Shown here piece after piece: positions 22,401 through 34,819 of a stretch of 64,000 nt of DNA. The notes beneath the pieces were generated by a model. That model searched no databases, was not told the origin of the DNA, and saw nothing but the letters and a program-made list of their open reading frames with translations. The translations under genes and the position numbers were made by a program. This DNA comes from Macrostomum lignano (lineage: Eukaryota). Where the stretch lies: positions 248,001-312,000 of the forward strand of contig NIVC01000107.1 in assembly GCA_002269645.1 (NCBI GenBank), given 5' to 3'. The number at the start of each line of letters is the position of its first letter. Positions within the stretch are counted from its first letter, which is position 1.

Positions 22401-25255
22401 GCCTGGAGCTGGCATAGACAATCGCCTAGGGCTGGCATTCAGAATCGCCTCGGGCTGGCATTAAGAACCGCCTCGGGCTGGCATAGACAATCGCCTGGAG
22501 CTGGCATAGAGAATCGCTCAGAGCTGGCGTAGAGAATCGCTCAGAGCTGGCATAGAGAATCGCTCAGAGCTGGCAAAGAGAATTGCCCTTATCTGATATG
22601 GAGAAGCGCCCTGGGCTTTGCTTATAGTATCCTGTCACATCCTGTGAGGTGTCTGGTGCTGTCCAGTGCTTATTGATACAGGCCAACTTTCCATTTCTAA
22701 TTTAACTTTGCCAGGCCAGCAGCAGTACACCACCCGGTGCATGGAGTGCGAATCTGAGACGGTCAAATGCCAGCCATTCAGCATCATCAGCTGCCCAGTC
22801 AAGCCTCATCGACGCTCGCCCGCTGCAGACGGAACCGCCAGCCCATCGGCTGCCACCGGCGCCGACGCGTTTGAATCGCAGATTTGCGGCGAAGTTCGAA
22901 CTCTTGTTGCTGAGCCGGATGGTCAGTTGAACATGTCAACTGGTGAGCCTTTTAAACTTTTGCGCAATGGCGTTAGTGTTACCCAAACCAGTCCGTGAAA
23001 TTCTAAACTATTCTACAAGGCTGAATAATCTTTTACCAGTCCGTGAATCACTTTAAAAAACCCCGTGAACCGCACCACAACCAGTCTCCGTGAACCTCAC
23101 CAGAACCAGTCCCGTGAACATCACCACAAACCAGTCCCCGTGAACCTCACCAGAACCAGTCCCGTGAACCACACCAGAACCAATCCCGTGAACCACACCA
23201 CAAACCAGTCCCCGTGAACCTCACCACAAACCAGTCCCATGAACCTCACCACAAACCAGTCCCGTGAACCTCACCACAAATCAGTCCCCGTGAACCTCAC
23301 CACAAATCAGTCCCCGTGAACCTCACCACAAACCAGCTCCCGTGAACCTCACCACAAACCAGTCCCGTGAACCTCAAGGGAACCAGTCCTGTGAACCTCA
23401 CCAGAACCTGTTCCGTGAACCTCAACAGAACCAGTCCCGTGAACCTCACCACAAACCAATCCCCGTGAACCTCACCAGAACCAGTCCCGTGAACCACACC
23501 AGAACCAATCCCGTGAACCTCACCACAAACCAGTCCCCGTGAACCTCACCACAAATCAGTCCCCGTGAACCTCACCACAAACCAGCTCCCGTGAACCTCA
23601 CCACAAACCAGTCCCGTGAACCTCAAGGGAACCAGTCCTGTGAACCTCACCAGAACCTGTTCCGTGAACCTCAACAGAACCAGTCCCTGTGAACCTCACC
23701 AGAACCAGTCCCCGTGAGCCTCACCAGAACCAGTCCCCGTGAGCCTCACCAGAACCAGTCCCGTGAACCTCACCACAAATCAGTCCCCGTGAACCTCACC
23801 AGAACCAGTCCCGTGAACCTCACCAGAACCAGTCCCGTGAACCTCACCACAACCAGTCCCCGTGAACCTCACCACAAATCAGTCCCCGTGAACCTCACCA
23901 GAACCAGTCCCGTGAACCTCACCAGAACCAGTCCCGTGAACCTCACCAGAACCAGTCCCGTGAACCTCACCACAAACCAATCCCCGTGAACCTCACCAGA
24001 ACCAGTCCCGTGAACCTCACCACAACCAGTCCCGTAAACCGCACCAAAAAAGGCCGCAACTCATTTACCATCTCAGAATCAGACGCGGACTCCGAGCTGC
24101 CGTTTCCCCACTGCGCCCTGCGAGAGGAGGAGCGGCTGACAGGTGATGACAAGTTCCTGTGCGACCGGTGCAGCGAGCTGCAGGAAGCCAGTCTGCGCCT
24201 CACCTACGGCTGCCTCCCGCCCCTGCTCTGCCTACACCTGAAGCGCTTTAGCCTGGACAGCCGCGGCTGCGTCACCAAGATCAACGAGCCGGTGCAGATA
24301 CCCGCCGAGTTTCGGCACCGCGAGCCCGACGGAACTGAGAGAAGGTGAGCAGCAGTGACTGTCATATCTTTTGGTTTGCGTATCTGAATGTATGTAGTTC
24401 TGTCTCCGTGCGGTTAGGGGGCTTCTCCAGGTCTGGGTGTCCTTAGGGGTGTCTTTTAAGTGGTTATCCTTGGGATTGTCTACTGTGTGGGTGTCCGGGT
24501 TGTCCTTTAGAGGGGGTGTCCTTCAGGGTTGTCCTCTAAGAGGGGTTTCCTTCGGGGTGTCCCCTAGGTGGGGGTCGGCGTTTGTCCTCTAGAATGTCCA
24601 GTAGGCAGTTGTCCTCTAGAATGTCCAGTAGGCGTTTGTCCTCTAGAATGTCCAGTAGGCAGTTGTCCTCTAGAATGTCCAGTAGGCGTTTGTCCTCTAG
24701 AATGTCCAGTAGGCAGTTGTCCTCTAGAATGTCCAGTAGGCGTTTGTCCTCTAGAATGTCCAGTAGGCAGTTGTCCTCTAGAATGTCCAGTAGGCAGTTG
24801 TCCTCTAGAATGTCCAGTAGGCAGTTGTCCTCTAGAATGTCCAGTAGGCAGTTGTCCTCTAGAATGTCCAGTAGGCAGTTGTCCTCTAGAATGTCCAGTA
24901 GGCAGTTGTCCCGACCCGATGCTGGAGCCTGGATATAGTGAGGCTCTGTACAAAGTAGTCAGTTCTCAAGCCCCCCTGCCGCTCCGCCCGCCGCAGGTAC
25001 GAGCTGTACGCTGTGATCATTCACGACGGCCTGACCATCTCCTCGGGCCACTACACCAGCCTGGTGCGCCTGCCCGAGCCCGGCAGCGGCTGGTTCAGCT
25101 TCGACGATGACTACGTGAGGCCGGTGGGCTCCGCCCAGCTGGACATGGTGCTGTCACCCAGCCAGACAGCCTCCAAGACGCCATACGTGGTGCTGTACTC
25201 TGCAGGGCCCGCCGAGGCGTGTGCGGCTGGCGCTGCGGGCTCTCAAACTACCTAG
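19450..25255 (+). CDS. USP1: Ubiquitin carboxyl-terminal hydrolase, USP1-like; exons 19450-19498, 19585-19709, 19807-19878, 20773-22116 (one frameshift near 20977), 22715-22942, 24077-24344, 24997-25255
   Basis: Cys box GLQNIG|[23 protein letters not shown], zinc ribbons TRCMECE and FLCDRC, CLHLKRF, His box [20 protein letters not shown] (USP1-type GxTISSGHY), WFSFDD. Junctions are GT-AG. The start at 19450 could instead be an internal acceptor (cag|atg). Confidence 0.85.
19905..20690 (+). repeat. Intronic 30-bp minisatellite (gggaattgggatcagtttcagtgctgggtg)
   Basis: About 26 units fill USP1 intron 19879-20772. Confidence 0.95.
22125..22580 (+). repeat. Intronic 23-bp minisatellite (agagaatcgcctggagctggcat)
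   Basis: Starts right after the donor of intron 22117-22714. Confidence 0.9.
23040..24035 (+). repeat. Intronic ~24-bp minisatellite (cccgtgaacctcaccagaaccagt)
   Basis: Fills USP1 intron 22943-24076. Confidence 0.95.
24580..24910 (+). repeat. Intronic 27-bp minisatellite (agtaggcagttgtcctctagaatgtcc)
   Basis: About 12 units in USP1 intron 24345-24996. Confidence 0.95.
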
Positions 25256-25429
25256 ACAATTAATTTATTAGCTTTTGTCATTATTGTATCCGATTTTCCA
25301 ATGCCCGCGTCTCGATAGCGGTTTTTTATAAGCTCGAGACCTTTTTTGTACTTTTCTGTTGTTGTTCAGATAGAGTTGGGCTTGTCGGGTGCGCCATGTG
25401 AGACTGTGGCCTCTGTCCCGCTTCAGGTT

Positions 25430-25600
25430 CAGGGCTGGCTATCAGAGTTCAGGGGTGAGAATTCAGGGCTGGCTATCAGAGTTCAGGAGTGAGAATTCAG
25501 GGCTGGCTATCAGAGTTCAGGAGTGAGAATTCAGGGCTGGCTATCAGAGTTCAGGAGTGAGAATTCAGGGCTGGCTATCAGAGTTCAGGAGTGAGAATTA
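25430..25600 (+). repeat. 34-bp tandem repeat (cagggctggctatcagagttcaggagtgagaatt) x~5
   Basis: Direct copies 3' of the USP1 stop codon. Confidence 0.9.
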
Positions 25601-26339
25601 TTGCATACGGAAGCCATATCTAAAAAGTATGCCGTTGAATAGGGAGAAATTTTCCCACTGCCAGATGCACCCGGGCCCAGCTGTGCAATATTTACTACTG
25701 TTAGTAATATTTCAAACTGGTATGTATTAAAAAATTGAATTGAGTGCTATTGTGAACTGCATCTATTGTCCAGCCTCTTCTATTTACTACTCGGTGTGTT
25801 CGTTCAGTAGTAGTATGTTCAGCCGGAGCCGTCAGCTGTGGCGCTGCACTCCCGGCTCTGCTGTTTTTAAGCACCCCGCCTTTTGCATTTCAAGCGGCCC
25901 CTGATGATTGCCGCTGTTCCCAGCTTCTCTTTCTCCCCGCTTGTTCAGCCCGTGGCCTGCAATTTTCCCCGCTCTCAGCAGCACCTCCCAGCTCGCCTGT
26001 CCCGCTCTGCTATATGCCTGTTTACAAACTTAACCCACCTGTCGATCCGTTAAAAGTACAGCCTGTGTACTTTTTGTTTTAATTGATAAATGTAAATTTC
26101 TCGACCCTGCAGCTGCTTAATGTTTTATTGGGGCGTCCTGGCACTGCAGGGTCGCTTTTTCTAAGAAATGTTGGCTGATGCTGTTCTATCAGGCCGGGGC
26201 CTCCGCCTCTGCGCTAAATATAAGGAGAGTCCCGAGTTCTACACCTGCCTGTGTTCCGCTGCCGTTCCATCACAACCCACGCCGGATGCGCCGGATCTCT
26301 TCCCGTGTGTTTCTATTCCTATATGGTTCATTCCCTAAT

Positions 26340-26757
26340 CCTGGCTAGATTAGCAATCCATGATAGGCTGGATTAGCAATCCATTCTATTCCTGCACCCA
26401 TGATAGGCTAGATTAGCAATCCATTCTATTCCTGCACCCATGATAGGCTAGATTAGCAATTCATTTTTTTCCTGCACCCATGATAGGCTAGATTAGCAAT
26501 CCATTCTATTCCTGCACCCATGATAGGCTAGATTAGCAATCCATTCTATTCCTGAATCCATGATAGGCTAGATTAGCAATCCATTCTATTCCTGCATCCA
26601 ATGGTAGGCTAGATTAGCAATCCATTCTATTCCTGCACCCATGATAGGCTAGATTAGCAATCCATTCTATTCCCGCACCCATGATAGGCTAGATTAGCAA
26701 TCCATTCTATTCCTGCACCCAATGATAGGCTAGATTAGCAATCCATTCTATTCCTGC
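26340..26757 (-). repeat. 40-bp satellite array 2 (same unit as array 1, inverted)
   Basis: Reverse complement of the 7942-8691 unit; ends at the RTE insertion. Confidence 0.95.
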
Positions 26758-28463
26758 TGAGAGTTGTCTGGCAGATTCGAGCCGATTCCTTGGCTGTACC
26801 AAGAACAGCAGAAGTTGTGTGACGAAATTTGTAACATTCTGCAATAAAAAACTGCTGAGAATCAGTTGGGAAAAGCTAGAAAGATCAAAAGGCCATGGAT
26901 ACGAGAGAATGCGTAACAAGAGAGGGATGGACAGCTGCAACAAGAGAGGGAGAAGAGAAGGAAGAGGAAGCAGGAGGCAACTGATCTGTGAGAGTATAGA
27001 GCTGCCAGCAAAGAGTGCAGAAAAGCACTCAACGAAGCGAAGAACAAAGGGGTGAAAGACGAAACCAGGGCAATGGAAGACTGCATGATACGCAGCAACA
27101 CTGACCAGGTCTAATGAAGTCATGAAGAAGCCACGTAGCACGAGGGCAATTGAGATCAAATGCAAGCACACACAGCTGCCATGGAATAAAAAATGGGAAT
27201 CTTGCAAGACTGAGGCGGATACTGCAGAAATGTGGGAAGAATATTGCAGAGATCTTCACAACTAGGAGGTACAGAAGGACTCCAAAGTGCTAGATGAAGC
27301 TGTGCAGCAGGAAAACATCAAAGAAGAGGAAGAAATCTTAGTGTCGGAAGTTGAAGCTGCCATGGAGCAAGCTGAAGCAGAACAAGAACTCATTCAAGTT
27401 GGTTGGGAAATCACAGCGAAAGTGCTACACAAGCTTTGCAAAAAGATCCTGAAGACAAGAAAGGTGCCGAGTCAGTGAGCAAAAGGTATTCTCATCACCA
27501 TAATGAAGACTAACAGTAGGAAGTGTACGGACTACGGAACCATCAGACTAAATCTGTCACGCGTCAAAGGTGATTCAGAAGAGGAAGAAGCACTGCTCAA
27601 CAGATAGCGACCTTGAGAACTATGAGCGAGAAAGCAAGAGACGTTGAAAACGATCTGTCACAACTTAGATATTCGAAAAGCTTTTGATAGAGTCTGACAT
27701 GAGGAACTGTGGTACTCAAAGGGCAAGTATATAACATTGGGAAAGGAATAACTGCGTTGATCAGGAGCTTGCACGATGGATTAAAATCTAAAGTTCTGTC
27801 TGGTGAGTAGTTTACAGAGTGGTTCCGGACTACTGTTGGTTGCGACAAGGATGCCCGCTGTTGCCTGTCCTGTTCAACTTTTGTCTTGGGAGAATCATTA
27901 AAATAACACTTGAAGGCCATTTTCGAGGCGTGAGATGCGCCGGGAGACGGATAAATGATCTCCGATTTGTTGGTGACATCCTGGATGAAGATGCGGATGC
28001 TCTGCAGGTTACGGGAAGACTTGGGGAAACTTGATGACGGACAAGAGGAGGGACATATTTAGTTATTGAATGTAAGGGTTAATCGGATCGGTAGTCATGG
28101 CAACGAGCTGGACAATGGATAAGAAAGATGAAAAGAAACCGAGAGCTTTCGGGATGAAGACCTACAGAAGGATGACTGGAAAAAAAGGAAGTGATAAGGA
28201 TCTACGGAAAGGAGGTGGGCTTTGTGAATCTGATTAAGAGAAGGAAATTCCGCTTTTTCGGACATGTTGCGAGAAGTGCTGGAGTGCTGAGGCTGTGGTT
28301 AAAACTGCTGTTGAGGGACGAAGAGACAAGCAGGCAATCTCAAGGAGTGAAATGGAGAAGATGGTGCAGCTGAGCAGGACGGCCTTAGCTCGAAGGAGGT
28401 GGAGAACCGCTGTCGAGAAACGGGTGCACCAACGGCCTTACTGGCGTGGACGTGATGATGATG
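26758..28463 (+). mobile_element. Degenerate, 5'-truncated RTE-clade LINE inserted into the 40-bp satellite
   Basis: EEILVSEVEAAM, KVLHKLCKKI, GCPLLPVLFNFCL...RINDLRFVGDI (decayed RT motifs), RKFRFFGHVAR, and a 3' (TGA)n tail gtgatgatgatg. Many stops and frameshifts. Confidence 0.85.
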
Positions 28464-28987
28464 CATCTATGTAGGCTAGATTAGCAATCCATTCTATTCC
28501 TGCATCCATGATAGGCTAGATTAGCAATCCATTCTATTCCTGCATCCATGATAGGCTAGATTAGCAATCCATTCTATTCCTGCACCCATGATAGGCTAGA
28601 TTAGCAATCCATTCTATTCCTGCATCCATGATAGGCTAGATTAGCAATCCATTCTATTCCTGCATCCATGATAGGCTAGATTAGCAATCCATTCTATTCC
28701 TGCACCCATGATAGGCTAGATTAGCAATCCATTCTATTCCTGCACCCATGATAGGCTAGATTAGCAATCCATTCTATTCCTGCATCCATGATAGGCTAGA
28801 TTAGCAATCCATTCTATTCCTGCATCCATGATAGGCTAGATTAGCAATCCATTCTATTCCTGCACCCATGATAGGCTAGATTAGCAATCCATTCTATTCC
28901 TGCACCCATGATAGGCTAGATTAGCAATCCATTCTATTCCTGCACCCATGATAGGCTAGATTAGCAATCCATTCTATTCCTGCATCC
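28464..28987 (-). repeat. 40-bp satellite array 3 (continuation of array 2)
   Basis: About 13 units in the same orientation and register as array 2. Confidence 0.95.
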
Positions 28988-29435
28988 TGGACGCCCATCA
29001 GCCGGAGACCCTGTTTCCCATGAGGCCGGAGCTCCCCATCTCATTTGCGGGATACGTATTCGGCCGCACACTTGTGGGAGATTTGTCCCGCCAGCTTTCC
29101 AAATCCCCGTCAGGGCCGGATCAGCTGCATCAAGTTTCCATCAGCATCACCGCGACTGTCAGGTGCTCGGGCGCGAGGATTTGGCAATGAGGAAGCCGAC
29201 CGAGCTTTGGTGAGAGGCGGATGGGATTTGACTAATCCTGCTGCCCAAGTCCGGTGTTGCGTGACGGGCGGGCGCCTTGCCGACTGAATCGGCCCCGCGT
29301 GTCTGCGGCCCAGCCCTCAGAGGCTGCCGGCATTTCCTGCAGACGGAGCTTTGAAGTGAAGTCCGTTTGTTGCAGCAGCCTTTTTGCTTGGGGCGGAAGT
29401 GTCTGCTGCGAGTTTACCAACTGGCTTGTCATGCA

Positions 29436-30790
29436 GGACCTGTTCATTTCGTGTCTCACCTCTTCATTTCCCGTGTCTCACCTGTTCATTTCCCGTGTCT
29501 CACCTGTTCCTTTCACGTGTCTCACCTGTTCCTTTCCCGTGTCTCACCTGTTCATTTCCCGTGTCTCACCTGTTCATTTCCCATGTCTCACCTGTTCATT
29601 TCCCGTGTCTCACCTGTTCATTTCCCGTGTCTCACCTGTTCATTTCCCGTGTCTCACCTGTTCATTTCCCGTGTCTCACCTGTTCATTTCCCGTGTCTCA
29701 CCTGTTCATTTCCCGTGTCTCACCTGTTCATTTCCCGTGTCTCACCTGTTCATTTCCCGTGTCTCACCTGTTCATTTCCCGTGTCTCACCTGTTCATTTC
29801 CCGTTTCTCACCTGTTCATTTCCCGTTTCTCACCTGTTCATTTCCCGTTTCTCACCTGTTCATTTCCCGTGTCTCACCTGTTCATTTCCCGTGTCTCACC
29901 TGTTCATTTCCCGTGTCTCACCTGTTCATTTCCCGTGTCTCACCTGTTCATTTCCCGTGTCTCACCTGTTCATTTCCCGTGTCTCACCTGTTCATTTCCC
30001 GTTTCTCACCTGTTCATTTCCTGTTTCTCACCTGTTCATTTCCTGTTTCTCACCTGTTCATTTCCCGTTTCTCACCTGTTCATTTCCCGTTTCTCACCTG
30101 TTCATTTCCCGTTTCTCACCTGTTCATTTCCCGTTTCTCACCTGTTCATTTCCTGTTTCTCACCTGTTCATTTCCCGTTTGTCACCTGTTCATTTCCCGT
30201 GTCTCTCCTGTTCATTTCCCACTGCCTCCCCTGTTCATTCCCACTGCCTCCCCTGTTCATTCCCACTGCCTCTCCTGTTCATTCCCACTGCCTCCCCTGT
30301 TCATTCCCACTGCCTCTCCTGTTCATTCCCACTGCCTCCCCTGTTCATTCCCACTGCCTCTCCTGTTCATTCCCACTGCCTCCCCTGTTCATTCCCACTG
30401 CCTCCCCTGTTCATTCCCACTGCCTCCCCTGTTCATTCCCACTGCCTCCCCTGTTCATTCCCACTGCCTCCCCTGTTCATTCCCACTGCCTCCCCTGTTC
30501 ATTCCCACTGCCTCCCCTGTTCATTCCCACTGCCTCTCCTGTTCATTCCCACTGCCTCCCCTGTTCATTCCCACTGCCTCTCCTGTTCATTCCCACTGCC
30601 TCCCCTGTTCATTCCCACTGCCTCCCCTGTTCATTCCCACTGCCTCCCCTGTTCATTCCCACTGCCTCTCCTGTTCATTCCCACTGCCTCTCCTGTTCAT
30701 TCCCACTGCCTCCCCTGTTCATTCCCACTGCCTCTCCTGTTCATTCCCACTGCCTCCCCTGTTCATTCCCACTGCCTCCCCTGCTCATCC
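29436..30790 (+). repeat. Two-zone 22-bp minisatellite (cacctgttcatttcccgtgtct then cccctgttcattcccactgcct)
   Basis: Shared core cctgttcatt; the variant switches at ~30200-30230. Confidence 0.95.
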
Positions 30791-31389
30791 CCACTGACAT
30801 TTCATCATTCACGCAATAAAGAAATTCTTCATTTCCCTTGTCCCCCCGAGAATCGGCGAGTAATTTCAATTTGAGAATATAAAAATTGAATATTTCAAGA
30901 GGCGGCCCTACTGTCAAGAGGGCGGCTCTGGCCAGTGCTGGGCAATTGCCGAATTTGAGTTGCACTTGCAGTTGCGGGAACATCGCCCTCTCGCTCACTG
31001 ACCCTCCCGGGCTGTGGGGGCCCGAGCTCGGCAGGAGCGGCTCTGCTAATTGCCGGCATCCTGTTGGGGGGGGGGCAGTGACTGGCGGCGAATCGGGTCC
31101 GAGATCCCCTTTCTCTCCCCTTCATCCAGCGACCAGCCGCTCACTTTGCCGGCTATAAACTTGTTCGGGCGCACTGACAAGCCAGTTGAGATACATTTGG
31201 TTCAAGAGCATCAGTGAGAGATATCAGCCCGTTGGTTAGGTGAGTAATCTTTACAAGTGTTATCCTAATGGCAATTTATCATAGCAACACAGACTAGAAG
31301 AATCTCAACCCAGACTAGGAGAATCTCAACCCAGACTAGAAGAGTCTCAAATCAGACTAGGAGAATCTCAACACAGAGTAGAGAGCCCC

Positions 31390-31945
31390 CCTCCACCGGA
31401 CAAGGAGAATCCCCACTGAGAGTAAGAGAATCCCCACTGAGAATAGGAGAATCCCCACTGAGAATAGGAGAATCCCCACCGAGAATGGCAGAATCCCCAC
31501 CGAGAATAGGATAATCCCCACTGAGAATAGGATAATCCCCACTGAGAATAGGATAATCCCCACTGAGAATAGGAGAATCCCCACTGAGAATAGGAGAATC
31601 CCCATTGAGAATTGGAGAATCCCCACCGTGAATAGGAGAATCCCCACTGAGAATAGGATAATCCCCACTGAGAATAGGATAATCCCCACTGAGAATAGGA
31701 GAATCCCCACTGAGAACAGGAGAAGCCCCATTGAGAATAGGAGAATCCCCACCGTGAATAGGAGAATCCCCACTGAGAATAGGAGAAACCCCATTGAGAA
31801 TAGGAGAATCCCCACCGTGAATAGGAGAATCCCCACTGAGAATAGGAGAATCCCCACTGAGAATAGGAGAATCCCCACTGAGAATAGGAGAATCCCCACT
31901 GAGAATAGGAGAATCCCCACCGAGAACAGGAGAAGCCCCACCCAG
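31390..31945 (+). repeat. 21-bp minisatellite (gagaataggagaatccccact), probably in a 5'-UTR intron of the neurensin-like gene
   Basis: Flanked by a donor-like ag|gtgagt (~31240) and an acceptor-like cttctggctag (~31968) upstream of ATG 31988. Confidence 0.85.
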
Positions 31946-31987
31946 ACTTTGGAAATCTCTTCTGGCTAGAAGCCGACACCGCCCAGC

Positions 31988-32617
31988 ATGTCGAACTCGG
32001 CGCACCGGCGGCCGCTGATCGTGTCTCATCTGGGCAGCTTCTACGAGCCGGCCGAGCAGCTGCCGACCAACTGCGGCCAATTCGAGCCGTTGAAGTCGGC
32101 GGAGTCCGAGCGGCTGCTGCCAGCGCCGGTGCGCCACGGCGCCAGTGGCGGCTGTCGATCGACGCGCCTGTGGCAGGCGATGCTCTGGTCCGGCGCCCTC
32201 CTGCTGCTGCTGGGCGCTGCCAGCCTTGTCGGGGTCCAGCTGGCACCCCGGCGGCCGGCGCTGGTCGAGACGCCCAGCAGCGAAGGCGACCGACACGGCG
32301 TCATCGGGCTCCGGCGCCGGCCGGAGAACGCCGAGTGGAATCGCCGCCTGGAGCTCGCCGGCTACGCTGCCCTCGGAGTCTTTGGTCTCGGCGGCCTGCT
32401 GACCGCGGCCGGCCTCCTGCTGCCCTCCGTCACCGCCTGGCACCGCGTCGGCGAGACCGAAGACACCGCCGCGGTCAACGAGCTGCCCGGTGGCCTCACG
32501 GTGGCTGACGGGGCTGCGGCGGCTCCGCTGGCTCTCGGGCCCGCCACGCCGACGACGCTGCAGCCGCAGAGACAGTCGGAGGGCAGCGTCAGGAACGGGG
32601 CAGTGCGCTGGCGATGA
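31988..32617 (+). CDS. Neurensin-like two-TM vesicular membrane protein
   Basis: N-terminal SHLGSFYE (cf. neurensin SYLHQFYE), TM1 LWQAMLWSGALLLLLGAASLVG, luminal AEWNRRLE, TM2 LGVFGLGGLLTAAGLLL. Recognised from memory of the family. Confidence 0.7.
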   Translation: MSNSAHRRPLIVSHLGSFYEPAEQLPTNCGQFEPLKSAESERLLPAPVRHGASGGCRSTRLWQAMLWSGALLLLLGAASLVGVQLAPRRPALVETPSSEGDRHGVIGLRRRPENAEWNRRLELAGYAALGVFGLGGLLTAAGLLLPSVTAWHRVGETEDTAAVNELPGGLTVADGAAAAPLALGPATPTTLQPQRQSEGSVRNGAVRWR

Positions 32618-32679
32618 GGCTGGGGCTCTGGGGACCTCAAATATTCATTTTAGTGACCATTGCACAGTAGTTTCAGCTG

Positions 32680-33385
32680 CAGGCATAGAGCGGATTGCTA
32701 ATCTAGCCTATCATGGGTGCAGGAATAGAATGGATTGCTAATCTAGCCTATCATGGATGCAGAAATAGAATGGATTGCTAATCTAGCCTATCATGGGTGC
32801 AGGAATAGAATGGATTGCTAATCTAGCCTATCATGGATGCAGGAATAGAATGGATTGCTAATCTAGCCTATCATGGGTGCAGGAATAGAATGGATTGCTA
32901 ATCTAGCCTATCATGGATGCAGGAATAGAATGGATTGCTAATCTAGCCTATCATGGGTGCAGGAATAGAATGGATTGCTAATCTAGCCTATCATGGGTGC
33001 AGGAATAGAATGGATTGCTAATCTAGCCTATCATGGGTGCAGGAATAGAATGGATTGCTAATCTAGCCTATCATGGATGCAGGAATAGAATGGATTGCTA
33101 ATCTAGCCTATCATGGGTGCAGGGATAGAATGGATTGCTAATCTAGCCTATCATGGATGCAGAAATAGAATGGATTGCTAATCTAGCCTGTCATGGGTGC
33201 AGGAATAGAATGGATTGCTAATCTAGCCTATCATGGATGCAGAAAAGAGCGGATTGCTAATCTAGCCTATCATGGATGCAGGAATAGAGCGGATTGCTAA
33301 TCTAGCCTATCATGGGTGCAGGAATAGAATGGATTGCTAATCTAGCCTATCATGGGTGCAGGAATAGAATGGATTGCTAATCTAT
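32680..33385 (+). repeat. 40-bp satellite array 4
   Basis: Same unit as arrays 1-3; begins ~60 bp after the neurensin-like stop codon. Confidence 0.96.
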
Positions 33386-33714
33386 GGATTGCTACGAGGC
33401 AATTCAGTTGGTATAACACAAGAATAGCTGCATGTATTCAAAAGACTTTAAATTTTCTTTGCGATGTATGTTTCTGCCGTTTTGCAGCTCATTTGTCTGT
33501 TATAATTTTTGAACCACTAATTTGGGTCCTTTTTCTTGCTGTGTGTTTGTCTAAATATAAAATTCTTTCAGCGCCACTGTAAGTAGCACTCGTAGGTTAT
33601 TTAATTGTTTAAAAGCCAGTTGCAGGATATTAAATGTTAATCATTTTTTTGAATGGCGACCTTGGTAATAAAACTCCAAATCCCCGGAAACACTGTGTGA
33701 ATCCGAATTAATAC

Positions 33715-34345
33715 CTTTGTGAATGCCAGAGACCACTGTCTGAGTCCCAGTGAATGTTAGAGAGCACTGTCTGAGTCCCAGTGAATGCTGAATGCTGTGT
33801 GAATGCCAGAGAGCACTGTCTGAGTCCCAGTGAATGCTGTGTGAATGCCAGAGAGCAGTATCTGAGTCCCAGTGAATGCTGTGTGAATGCCAGAGAGCAG
33901 TATCTGAGTCCAGTGAATGCTGTGTGAATGCCAGAGAGCACTGTCTGAGTCCCAGTGAATGCTGTGTGAATGCCAAAGAGCACTGTCTGAGTCCCAGTGA
34001 ATGCTGTGTGAATGCCAGAGAGTAGTATCTGAGTCCCAGTGAATGCTGTGTGAATGCCAGAGAGCACTGTCTGAGTCCCAGTGAATGCTGTGTGAATGCC
34101 AGAGAGCACTGTCTGAGTCCCAGTGAATGCTGTGTGAATGCCAGAGAGCACTGTCTGAGTCCCAGTGAATGCTGTGTGAATGCCAGAGAGCAGTATCTGA
34201 GTCCCAGTGAATGCTGTGTGAATGCCAGAGAGCACTGTCTGAGCCCCAGTGAATGCTGTGTGAATGCCAGAGAGCAGTATCTGAGTCCCAGTGAATGCTG
34301 TGTGAATGCCAGAGAGCACTGTCTGAGTCCCAGTGAATGCTGTAA
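33715..34345 (+). repeat. 42-bp minisatellite (gtgaatgctgtgtgaatgccagagagcactgtctgagtccca)
   Basis: About 14 direct copies. Confidence 0.95.
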
Positions 34346-34819
34346 ATAGCTGTCCAGCTCAGAGTGGCTCAGTACATTGGGTTGGCAGCAGGCATAAATT
34401 GGCTGCCGCCAAAGCCCGCAGCCGGACTGTCCGGGCGCCGTCCCACTTTGGCCAGACGGAGCGCCGGCTCGAATTTCGTTCGCTTCGCTAAAAATTTGTG
34501 CAAAATCCTAAATGTTGTCCTCCGCGTCATCGGGCTGCACCTCTCGGGAGCGCGGCGGGCCGTGCCAGGCATCGGGTGTCTTGTTCGCTGGTTTTTCTAG
34601 CGAGTTTGCAGGCAAGAGCGGAGCAAGACCTGCGTTTAGCAATGATTGATCTGACAGGCTGCGTGCTCAAGTGACTGATAACTGGCTTGACGGCACTGAC
34701 AGCCTTTGGGGGCTGTGAATTTCATTTTGCCGAAAGTAGAATTGATGAGCTGCTATTAGAGAACAATGAATAGTAGACAGGATAAGATAGTAGACTGGGT
34801 AGATAGTAGATTGGGTAGA

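Noticed and set aside
25900-25930. CTGATGA motifs (also 43057-43063 on the minus strand) as hammerhead ribozyme cores
   Set aside because: No stem II followed by GAAA and no closing helices were found.
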